Origin: Halogeometricum borinquense DSM 11551
Lineage (GTDB): Archaea; Halobacteriota; Halobacteria; Halobacteriales; Haloferacaceae
Direction of reading: 5' to 3'
Assembly: GCF_000172995.2 (NCBI RefSeq)
Contig: NC_014729.1
Coordinates: 1,470,001 to 1,502,000 of the forward strand
DNA length: 32,000 nucleotides
How positions within the stretch are numbered: position 1 is the first letter of the stretch; each line of letters opens with the position of its first letter. Shown piece by piece: positions 1-8,058 of this stretch. The position numbers and the translations under genes were made by a program. The notes beneath the pieces were generated by a model. That model was given only the letters and a program-made list of their open reading frames with translations. It was not told the DNA's origin and made no database searches.

Positions 1-3000
1 ACCCGATTCCGCTCGACGCGCAGTCGGAACTCGGGCAGGAACACTTCTTCGATACGTTCCGACTGGAGGACGACAGCCCGTTCGCCGACCTCGTCACCGG
101 GATGATGGACCTCCTGCATGAACTCCGGGACGAGAACGAGGCGAAGTTCGTGAAAGGCGCTTACGACTTCTGGGAGGCGACATACGCCGACGAGCCGGAC
201 GAGGTGCCGAACTCATGGGACCCGTTCATCAACGGGAAGCAGTCGCTTCGAGACTTCATGTTCTGTCTGGAGAGCGGACACGCGCTTCTCGCACGGCTCC
301 TACTAGCGAAGGCCACCGAGGACCACGATTTCTTCGCGGGCACTGGATACGATGGGATGGACGACTACTTCCGCGGGTTGCAGGGCTTCGGCGACACCAT
401 CAACCTCGATGCATTCCCCGTCGCGGCGGACGACCTCATCGACGATATGCAGGAGCAGTTAGTCGAAGGGCTGTTTCAGGACGACATCTTCATCTGGTGG
501 ACTGACGGATACAGAGAGCAGATTGATACTCAGCACGCGAGCGGGCCGAGCCGGTTCGAGGACGTAGCACGCGGATCCGGTGACGTGGAACGTGTCAGCG
601 AGACTACTCGGGACCGCTTCAGCCGCGCCGTCGCCGAGGTGTTCTTCAACGTCCTACGGTTCGACTTCCAAGACGTGGAGGGCGATCTCCTCGGGGACCT
701 CTACCAGCGGTATTTCGACCCGGAGACGCGCAAGGCACTCGGCGAGTTCTACACGCCACAGCCGGTCATCGACTACATCATGGACGGCGTCGGCTACGAG
801 CGCGGCGTCTCGAACGAGCGACTCATCGACCCGTCGTGTGGGTCCGGGACCTTCCTCGTGGAGGCCGTCGAGCGGTACATCACCGACGTGGAGAACTTCG
901 AGGACAACCCCGACTGGGAGGAGCATCTACGCGACCTCTGTACCCGCCCGCGCATTGTTGGGCTTGATATACACCCGTTCGCTGTTCTGATGGCACAGAT
1001 TCGCTTCGTGGTCGCTATCCTCCCGGCGTATCGAGAGGCGAAAACGCAGAATCCCGAGTTTACCATTCGGCGGCTCCCAATCTACCGAACCGACACCCTC
1101 CGAAACGAGCGGGAACTGACGGGCGCGGACCTCGGCGACGACGGCACCCGGCAGATGACCTTCGACGCGATGACCGAGGACGACCAAGACGTACGGATTC
1201 CCGTCCCGCTTCCGGTGGAAGTAGACGAGGACGAGGTCGCCGAAACCGAGGACGGCTTCCTCGTGCGCCGGGTTCGGATGCCGCTGTTCGACACGATTCA
1301 GTTGGAGACTGGCGTCAAGAACTTCGGGGAGTATTTCGCGGCCCTACAAGGCGTCTTGGACACCGTCAAGGACCATATGGCGCTGGCCGAGGAATTCGGC
1401 GGCGACTTCGACTGGGAATACAAGAGTGGGCTGGAGGAGCGCATCAACCAGCACACGTCGCGGGACTACTCTGGGGTAGAGGAGTTCTTCACACCCTACG
1501 TGAACGATATGCTGGAGAACGTGCGCTACCTGAAGGAGGAACACAACGACGGACGGCTGTTCAAGATGTTCGAGGACACCGTGCTCGCGCTCGTCGTGAA
1601 GAACTACATGGAGTACGACTACGTCGTGGGGAATCCGCCGTATGTGAATATCAAATATATCTCCGATACCGCGCAAGAACGCTACACCAGACTATACGAT
1701 TCAGCATTTGGGCGTTTTGACCTCTATGTTTTATTTATTGAGCGTGGACTGGAGATGCTAACTGAGGACGGCGAGTTAGGTTACATTACCTCGAATAAGT
1801 TTGCCCGTGCAGAGTATGGGAGAGAAATCAGGCGGTTAATCAGTTCGGAGTATTCCTTGGCGGAGTACATCGACTTTGGCGATACAGAGGTATTCAAGGA
1901 CGCAACTAATTACCCCTGTATTCTGTTTGTTGACCGTGATAGAAATAGAAAAACCGTCCCATATGCAAAAATTAGACGAGAACAAGATAATATCCTCGAT
2001 GTAGTTGCATCTCACTTAGGTAAAGAAAACTACCTCTCAGACGGGATTGAAATCTCCCGATATCCGTCTGAGAGATTATCCGAAGAAGTGTGGACATTCA
2101 CCCCGGAACCGGTTCGTGAGGTTGTGACGAAATTACAACAGAACGGAACCACCACAGTTGAAGAAGCGTGTCTTGGGGTTCGACAAGGTGTCTCTTCTGG
2201 TGGGGATGATGCGTTTATTGTGTCCCCCGAATATGCAGACCAGAAGGAGTTAGAGAACGAATTGCTATATCCTCTCATCCGTGGGGAGAATGTTCGTCGC
2301 TGGATTGTTGATTGGGAGGAAGAAGTCGCTATATACCCATACGATGACGACGGCGAGTTGGTTGACTTTTCCGAGTATCCGAGCGTGAAATCTCATTTAG
2401 AGGACCACCGTGAGTATCTCGAAGACCGATATTGCGTAAAAAAAGGAGGGAAGGGAATCTATGAGTACGACGGCCCAAGGTGTAAGTCTGTTTTTGAGGG
2501 AGATTTTAGAATTCCTGTTCCAGATATGGCGACTGAAAATCAATTCTCCTATGCTGACGGGTACAACTGTTTCAAAAACACCGCATACGTACTTACTTTT
2601 AATGATGAACAACCCTATTCGGAGTTGGAGTTGCTTGGTTTGTTAAATAGTGCTGTGTCGGAGTTCTATATCAAACAAAAAAGTCCATTCTTGAATGACC
2701 AATATTTCCGATATAAGAGCCAGTACATTGACCCAATACCACTACCCGCAGAAACCGACCGTATTTCTTCAGTCGTTGACGATATTCTTGCAGTTGAGAG
2801 ATTGGGTCGAAAGGTCGAGAATTTCCCAGATTCATATATTGACGAATATGACGGCGAGGTGGCGTATATCACATACGAGTGGCAAACGACTCGGAAACCA
2901 GTAAATGCAGAAATTAATACCAACGACGACGGTACAATATCGGTACAAGCAGGACGAACCGATAGCATCGTAGATGCGGCGATGCACTCTGAGGACAACG

Positions 3001-3263
3001 AGGCCCGCAAGCGCCGGGCCGAGTACGTTTATGCGGCAGTAGACGGCTGCAACGTCAAGAGCGGCAAAGAAATAACTATTCCAATCCCCCGAAGCGATGA
3101 CGGCGTTGTGGACCTGCTGGACCGGCTTGAAGCCGACCGCGAGGAAGTCCGGCAGACCGACATCGAAGACCTCGAAGCCGAGATTGATGACGCGGTCTAC
3201 GACCTATTCGACCTGACCGAGGACGAGCGCGAAGTCGTAGAGGACTACCTCGAAGTGTTCTGA
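1..3263 (+). CDS. N6-adenine DNA methyltransferase, Eco57I/type IIG- or BREX PglX-like (gamma-class); 5' end probably outside window
   Basis: ORF track gives 102..3263, but the same frame is open back to nt 3 (PIPLDAQSELGQEHFFDTFRLEDDSPFADLVTG precedes the first Met). Motif X-like EFYTPQPV, motif I DPSCGSGTFL (828-857) and motif IV NPPY (1632-1643) are present. DLYVLFIERG...GYITSNKF follows, then a long target-recognition region. The acidic tail LFDLTEDEREVVEDYLEVF is typical of this enzyme family. Confidence 0.85.
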   Translation, partial: PIPLDAQSELGQEHFFDTFRLEDDSPFADLVTGMMDLLHELRDENEAKFVKGAYDFWEATYADEPDEVPNSWDPFINGKQSLRDFMFCLESGHALLARLLLAKATEDHDFFAGTGYDGMDDYFRGLQGFGDTINLDAFPVAADDLIDDMQEQLVEGLFQDDIFIWWTDGYREQIDTQHASGPSRFEDVARGSGDVERVSETTRDRFSRAVAEVFFNVLRFDFQDVEGDLLGDLYQRYFDPETRKALGEFYTPQPVIDYIMDGVGYERGVSNERLIDPSCGSGTFLVEAVERYITDVENFEDNPDWEEHLRDLCTRPRIVGLDIHPFAVLMAQIRFVVAILPAYREAKTQNPEFTIRRLPIYRTDTLRNERELTGADLGDDGTRQMTFDAMTEDDQDVRIPVPLPVEVDEDEVAETEDGFLVRRVRMPLFDTIQLETGVKNFGEYFAALQGVLDTVKDHMALAEEFGGDFDWEYKSGLEERINQHTSRDYSGVEEFFTPYVNDMLENVRYLKEEHNDGRLFKMFEDTVLALVVKNYMEYDYVVGNPPYVNIKYISDTAQERYTRLYDSAFGRFDLYVLFIERGLEMLTEDGELGYITSNKFARAEYGREIRRLISSEYSLAEYIDFGDTEVFKDATNYPCILFVDRDRNRKTVPYAKIRREQDNILDVVASHLGKENYLSDGIEISRYPSERLSEEVWTFTPEPVREVVTKLQQNGTTTVEEACLGVRQGVSSGGDDAFIVSPEYADQKELENELLYPLIRGENVRRWIVDWEEEVAIYPYDDDGELVDFSEYPSVKSHLEDHREYLEDRYCVKKGGKGIYEYDGPRCKSVFEGDFRIPVPDMATENQFSYADGYNCFKNTAYVLTFNDEQPYSELELLGLLNSAVSEFYIKQKSPFLNDQYFRYKSQYIDPIPLPAETDRISSVVDDILAVERLGRKVENFPDSYIDEYDGEVAYITYEWQTTRKPVNAEINTNDDGTISVQAGRTDSIVDAAMHSEDNEARKRRAEYVYAAVDGCNVKSGKEITIPIPRSDDGVVDLLDRLEADREEVRQTDIEDLEAEIDDAVYDLFDLTEDEREVVEDYLEVF

Positions 3264-3275
3264 GCAAATACCGAT

Positions 3276-4460
3276 TCAGAGCATATCATCGGTTGTCTCC
3301 GCGTTCCGTAACTTTCCGAGCGTCGTGTACTGGAGTGACTGCGGATACTTCGACTCAAACGGAACCGGGTCTTCGAGTTCGTAGAGTGAACCCGGCTCGA
3401 ACATGATGACCTTCTTTCCCTCCGCAATCTTCGCTCGGTCCTTGTAATCCAACGGCTCTCGCATCAACTCCGCCTCATCGGGTTCGACCACGTCACTCAC
3501 CTTAGCGAAGTATTTGACTTCTCGAACGTCTCCAGTGACGTACATTGCCACGTAGTCGAAGTCGCTCCCAACCCGAACAAACCCCCACGCTTCGTTCTCT
3601 TTGAGAAACGGAAGTCCAGACTCTTTGGTCGGGAATACGGCTACGCGGGCATCTGAATCCCCATTGATTTCTTTTCGGGCAATCGTACCCGCGACCCGGT
3701 TCTCCAGTGGTTCTATCTCGTCGGCGGCGTCATCGGATTCCGGTTCGTCATCTTCTTCCGACTCTCCGGGCGGTTCCTCGCTGACGAAGTGTCGCTGTTC
3801 ACGGAGTACGGAGACGAGATTCTGTACGAACTCCCGAGACTGTTCCTCAAGGTCTATAGTTAAGTCGCCCACCTCGTTCTCCACGGTCTCAGTGACGGAC
3901 TCGGTGACGCTGTCTTCGTTTTCTTGCAGGTGACGAATCGCCCGGTTCGTCTGCGCGACCTGTTCCGCTACCTCATCGGATTTCCCCGACCGGATCGATT
4001 CCTTGGTGAGCAGTTCCAGCACGTCTGGATTCTCGGCGAGGTCATCGAGGTCGAACTGAACGACGGACACCTCCTCGCCGCCGTTCCGGTGGCGGTTCTT
4101 GGTCAAGACCTCAAAGGACTTCCCGTTGGTCAGAATCCCCCAGTCTACATCGAGTTCCTGTCTCATGTAACTCCGCAATTGCTGGACTTCGTCGTCGGTG
4201 AGCGTAGACCGGACAGGCTTCGCTTCAACGAACACTACCGGAGAGTCCCCCACAAGAAGTGCGTAATCGACGTGGGTACTTCCTGATGCCATCGGGATAG
4301 TGTATTCGAGGGCGACTTCGGTAGAGTAGAGGTTCCATCCGAGAAGTTCGAGAAACGGTTGGACGAGTTTGACCTTCGTGTTCTCCTCGTCCATCTGCGG
4401 TGACGACTCGATGAGTTGCTGACACCGCTGGACGTGCTCGTCTATCTCATCCCTGTCCAT
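3276..4460 (-). CDS. HsdR-N-type PD-(D/E)xK nuclease-domain protein fused to an acidic linker and an unassigned C-terminal domain
   Basis: ORF track gives 3276..4469 (TTG). I prefer the ATG at 4460 (MDRDEIDEHV...). The N-terminus has the type I restriction HsdR N-terminal pattern: PFLELLGW, HVDYALL, VVFVEAKP, QLRSYM, WGILTNG. It is convergent with the methyltransferase, with a 12-nt gap. Confidence 0.8.
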   Translation of the reverse strand: MDRDEIDEHVQRCQQLIESSPQMDEENTKVKLVQPFLELLGWNLYSTEVALEYTIPMASGSTHVDYALLVGDSPVVFVEAKPVRSTLTDDEVQQLRSYMRQELDVDWGILTNGKSFEVLTKNRHRNGGEEVSVVQFDLDDLAENPDVLELLTKESIRSGKSDEVAEQVAQTNRAIRHLQENEDSVTESVTETVENEVGDLTIDLEEQSREFVQNLVSVLREQRHFVSEEPPGESEEDDEPESDDAADEIEPLENRVAGTIARKEINGDSDARVAVFPTKESGLPFLKENEAWGFVRVGSDFDYVAMYVTGDVREVKYFAKVSDVVEPDEAELMREPLDYKDRAKIAEGKKVIMFEPGSLYELEDPVPFESKYPQSLQYTTLGKLRNAETTDDML

Positions 4461-4483
4461 TAGAGACAATGGGACAACGTGTC

Positions 4484-4492
4484 TACTAATAT
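4484..4492 (-). promoter_or_regulatory. TATA-like box for a leaderless transcript of the 3276..4460 gene
   Basis: The minus strand reads GATATTAGTA, centred about -28 from the ATG at 4460. This is the spacing expected for haloarchaeal leaderless promoters. Confidence 0.3.
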
Positions 4493-4826
4493 CATGGTGA
4501 AAAGGGATGACAGCGGCTAACGCTGTCCCGAAGGTACCTTTTTAATCCTTTTCCTATTTTGCATCCCTTCGGGGGACAATATAGGCAAAACAGGCGTCTT
4601 AGCCCCCTCACCGAAGGCGCGCTTAGAACGCTGTCTCGGAGGAGTCCTCGCGGTTCGAATACGTCATACGCATTCGAAGCAGGGAACGGAGCGAAGCGGA
4701 GTGACTGCGGTTCGAATCCGGTCTCGCATACAACGTTTTGACAGAGCTATCAGCAAGCGCGGACGCTACTCGCACTGCCGCTAGACTTGCTATCTTACGC
4801 TTTTGACCCGAAACTGCGAACCGTGT

Positions 4827-4840
4827 CTGACGCGCGTCAG
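4827..4840. repeat. perfect 14-bp palindrome ctgacgcgcgtcag
   Basis: Read directly. The arms are ctgacgc / gcgtcag with no spacer, about 60 nt upstream of dacZ. Confidence 0.9.
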
Positions 4841-4872
4841 CCGATATCACCACCGAGAACGTCCCACAAGTC

Positions 4873-4879
4873 TTTTTTT
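4873..4879 (+). promoter_or_regulatory. T7 run at -29..-23 of dacZ; TATA-like element for a leaderless mRNA (could alternatively terminate an upstream RNA)
   Basis: tcTTTTTTTc lies 23-29 nt upstream of the ATG at 4902. Confidence 0.3.
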
Positions 4880-4901
4880 CACCGCAGTTGACCAATGACT
4901 G

Positions 4902-5717
4902 ATGGTGGCGTTATCGGACCTCCTCGACAATGTCGTGGCGGATGTGGACGCGTTGTTCATTTTCTCGCCGAGTAGTTCGTACTACGAACGGTTCGCAGAC
5001 GCCGACCTCGACACACCAGTTGTGGTGGTCGCGTCCGAGAACGCCGTCGATGCGGAAACGTACATCGAACTCCCCTTAGAGTTCGACAACGTACGCGACC
5101 GCATCCGCTTCGGTGTCGAGGGTGCCATGGAGAACGGTGTCGTCGAGGAGGACGACATCGTCGCTTGCAACGTCGCGGTCTTCGGCGGCGACCAAGACGC
5201 CGTGATTCGCGTCCGCGTCACAGAGGAGATGCGGTCCGGCATCTACGACCTGTTCGCTAACTCCCGTGCGGACCCGAGCGTCATCCGCAACGTGTTCGAG
5301 GTGGCGATTGAACTCGGCAAGAAGGGACAGAAGGGGAAACCGGTCGGCGCGTTGTTCGTCGTCGGTGACGCCGGAAAGGTGATGAACAAGTCCCGACCGC
5401 TGTCGTACAACCCGTTCGAGAAGTCTCACGTCCACGTCGGCGATCCCATCGTGAACGTGATGCTCAAGGAGTTCTCCCGGTTGGACGGTGCGTTCATCAT
5501 CTCCGACTCGGGGAAAATCGTCAGTGCCTACCGCTATCTTGAACCCGCGGCGGAGGGGGTCGATATTCCGAAGGGCCTCGGCGCGCGACACATGGCCGGT
5601 GCGGCGATCACCCGCGACACGAACGCGACGACGATTGTTCTCTCGGAGTCGGACGGCCTCGTCCGAGCGTTCAAGGGCGGACAGATGATTCTGGAGATTG
5701 ACCCGGAGGACTACTAA
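4902..5717 (+). CDS. dacZ: diadenylate cyclase DacZ (c-di-AMP synthase; N-terminal pyruvate-kinase-C-like domain plus DAC domain)
   Basis: DAC-domain motifs are present: GALFVVGD, LDGAFIISDSGKI, GLGARHMAGAAIT and TIVLSESDGLVRAFKGG. The 271-aa size and two-domain layout match archaeal DacZ. Confidence 0.9.
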   Translation: MVALSDLLDNVVADVDALFIFSPSSSYYERFADADLDTPVVVVASENAVDAETYIELPLEFDNVRDRIRFGVEGAMENGVVEEDDIVACNVAVFGGDQDAVIRVRVTEEMRSGIYDLFANSRADPSVIRNVFEVAIELGKKGQKGKPVGALFVVGDAGKVMNKSRPLSYNPFEKSHVHVGDPIVNVMLKEFSRLDGAFIISDSGKIVSAYRYLEPAAEGVDIPKGLGARHMAGAAITRDTNATTIVLSESDGLVRAFKGGQMILEIDPEDY

Positions 5718-6568
5718 TGATCCCCGCGGGTTCCATGCTTTTGATGCAGAGCGGCGACCGTACTCCCACGTCCGGCCCTGCAACGAGTCCTGCAGACTCG
5801 TTCCTCGCGGAACTCTACACGCTTTTTCCTCGGGATGTGTGGTTCGCGCTGATCGTTCTCGTCGCGGGTGTCGCCGTCGCTCTCATCCTCGGGACGCTCA
5901 CACGTCGTGTGCTGACCGGTCTCGGCGTCCCCGAAGCTATCGAGGGAACGGCGTTCGAGCGGACCGCGCGGAACTTCGACACTTCGACGGTCGAAATCCT
6001 CGGCTGGTTGGTCCGGTATTTCGTCGTCGGCATCGCTATCCTCGCCGCGTTGTCCATCGCCAACGTGAACTACGCCGACCGGTTCTGGAGTCAGGTCGTC
6101 GAGTTCCTGCCGATGTTGTTCTTCGCGGTGGTCATCCTCATCGTCGGCATCGTCGTCGGCGACAAGGTTGAACTGCTGGTCGCAGAGCGACTGCGCGGTG
6201 TCAAACTCCCGCAGATCGGTATCATCCCTGCGGCCGCGAAGTTCACCGTGTTCTATCTCGCGTCCCTCATCGCCCTCTCGCAACTCGGTGTTGCCACCAT
6301 GGCGCTCGTCATCTTCCTCGCCGCCTACCTGTTCGCCATCGTGTTCCTCGGCGGCATCGCCTTCGCGGATATGCTCAAGTCGGGTGCGGCGGGCACGTAC
6401 CTCCTCTTGACGCAACCCTACGCCATCGGCGACGAAATTCGCGTCGGCGACACGGGCGGTATCGTCCAAGAGGTGGACTTGTTCGTCACGCACGTCGAGG
6501 ACGACGGCGAGGAGTACATCGTCCCCAACCGGAAAGTGTTCGAGGAAGGGATCGTCCGTCTCCGTTGA
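5717..6568 (+). CDS. MscS-family mechanosensitive channel protein (short form)
   Basis: Several TM helices are followed by the MscS beta-domain signature PYAIGDEIRVGDTGGIVQEVDLFVTHVEDDGEEYIVPNRKVF. The start overlaps the dacZ stop (TAATG, 5715-5719). Alternative in-frame Met codons lie a few codons downstream. Confidence 0.8.
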   Translation: MIPAGSMLLMQSGDRTPTSGPATSPADSFLAELYTLFPRDVWFALIVLVAGVAVALILGTLTRRVLTGLGVPEAIEGTAFERTARNFDTSTVEILGWLVRYFVVGIAILAALSIANVNYADRFWSQVVEFLPMLFFAVVILIVGIVVGDKVELLVAERLRGVKLPQIGIIPAAAKFTVFYLASLIALSQLGVATMALVIFLAAYLFAIVFLGGIAFADMLKSGAAGTYLLLTQPYAIGDEIRVGDTGGIVQEVDLFVTHVEDDGEEYIVPNRKVFEEGIVRLR

Positions 6569-6686
6569 CCGGAGTACGGTGGCTCAGTACCTATACTAAT
6601 TCTGTCAAATAACCCAACAAAATCGACGGCAACTCGCCCGACGGCGTTTAAACTGGCTGTGTCGTTGAAATATCTCAAACCCAGAG

Positions 6687-6695
6687 AATAAAATA
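6687..6695 (+). promoter_or_regulatory. TATA-like box (AATAAAATA) at -30..-22 of the histidine kinase start
   Basis: An AT-rich element in an otherwise GC-rich context, at the correct distance from the GTG at 6717. Confidence 0.3.
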
Positions 6696-6716
6696 CTCCC
6701 CGCGTGAAATAATCAC

Positions 6717-7754
6717 GTGGAGTGGAGTTCCGACGACGACAAACACCGCCTCGATGGTGACGTCTACCGCGAAGCGTTTCGAAGCACCGAGGCACCGGCC
6801 CTCATCGCCGACCCGAACTTCGTTATACGTGACGTCAATCCAGGTTGTCTGGACCTTCTCGGCTACGAATCGGGCGAACTCGTCGGAGAATCCGCGGCGA
6901 CGATTGCGGGTGACGACCGCATCTACGAGGATGTCGTCGAACATCTCTCCCGCGGCGAGACGTGGACCGGGCGGTTTATCGCGCAGACAAAGGCGGGCGC
7001 GAACGTGTTCGGTCGCGGATTTGCGGCTCCCATCATCGCCGACAGTACCGTCGAGGGGGTTATCGCTATCTTCGTCGATACGGCGAAACAACAGCAGTAC
7101 GAGAACGCCTCAGAGGTGCTGAACAGACTCCTTCGACACGACCTCCGGAACGAACTCAACGTCATGTACGGCCACATCCAGCGCGCACAGTCGGAGTCGT
7201 CCATAGACGAGGTCACCGAAAGTCTGGAGAAAGCACAGGACAAAATCCTCGAAATCGTCCACAAATCCGAGCGAGCGCGCGACCTACGGAATCTCTTAGA
7301 GCGGTCGTACAGCGCGTCGAATCGCCCCGTCCGTCTCGACATCGTGCTCAACAATACGCTGGTCGAGGTGATGCAACAGTACCCCGACGCGGAGTTCAAA
7401 TTCCAGGTGTTTCCTGAGGTCATCGTCCGCGCCGACGACCTGTTAGCTACCGCCATCGAGGCGGTGTTGGAGAACGCTGTCACGCACAACGACGCCGATG
7501 ACCCGGTCGTCCGCGTCTCTGTCGAGGTTCACGACGACCACGTCATCCTCGCCATCGCCGACAACGGACCGGGCGTTCCCGAGTCCCAGCGTGATCTCAT
7601 CTTCGGCCGGGAGGAGTACGATCAACTGCACCACGGGACGGGAATCAGCCTCTTTTTCGCTGACAGCGTTTTCGACAGTTACGATGGGGAGATCTGGGTC
7701 GAGGACAACGACCCGCGCGGTGCCATTTTCAAGATGCGACTCGAGCGTCCCTAA
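6717..7754 (+). CDS. PAS-domain sensor histidine kinase
   Basis: A PAS-like N-terminus (ALIADPNFVIRDVNPGCLDLLGYESGELVG) is followed by the H-box LLRHDLRNELNVMYGH. The HATPase_c motifs ENAVTHN, IADNGPGVPE and GTGISL are present. GTG start; no adjacent response regulator. Confidence 0.85.
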   Translation: MEWSSDDDKHRLDGDVYREAFRSTEAPALIADPNFVIRDVNPGCLDLLGYESGELVGESAATIAGDDRIYEDVVEHLSRGETWTGRFIAQTKAGANVFGRGFAAPIIADSTVEGVIAIFVDTAKQQQYENASEVLNRLLRHDLRNELNVMYGHIQRAQSESSIDEVTESLEKAQDKILEIVHKSERARDLRNLLERSYSASNRPVRLDIVLNNTLVEVMQQYPDAEFKFQVFPEVIVRADDLLATAIEAVLENAVTHNDADDPVVRVSVEVHDDHVILAIADNGPGVPESQRDLIFGREEYDQLHHGTGISLFFADSVFDSYDGEIWVEDNDPRGAIFKMRLERP

Positions 7755-8058
7755 CTGTGCCCCTCCAACTCAGTTTCTCCCCCGCGTCGCTTTCGTACTG
7801 ACTACACTCTCAACTCTCGCAATCTTCGTCGGGTTGTTACGCTTTTGTTCGGCTCCCCACTTATCGCTCGCTACCGACTCGGGAGTCGCGGGCCGCCGAC
7901 CGACCGAGAACGTCTGGCGCGAACAGTCGCTGGCTCCCTCATCGTCGCGTTCGTCGTCGGAGCCATCCGCACGCCGCCTGACCCGGTTTCCCAGATGCTG
8001 TGGTTCTGGCCATCGCTGGCGGTCGCAACGCCCGTTGTATACTACGTATTTTATTCGC

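Noticed and set aside
4600-4730. Possible tRNA gene(s). There are two GGTTCGAAT T-loop-like motifs and a CTTAGAA loop that could be a Leu(UAG) anticodon loop.
   Set aside because: I could not fold a cloverleaf by hand. The T-stems have at most 3 Watson-Crick pairs (the first copy has none closing the loop). The candidate anticodon stem has only 3 pairs, and no matching 7-bp acceptor stem exists. TTCGAA is itself a palindrome, so strand and identity are ambiguous. Kept only as a possible decayed tRNA/att fragment in the findings.
5714-6493. 259-aa minus-strand ORF antisense to the MscS gene (also 5076..5783 antisense to dacZ).
   Set aside because: The sequences are Arg/Asp/Glu/His-rich and low in complexity, with no motifs, and they fully overlap genes with clear family signatures. 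These are typical shadow ORFs of GC-rich DNA.
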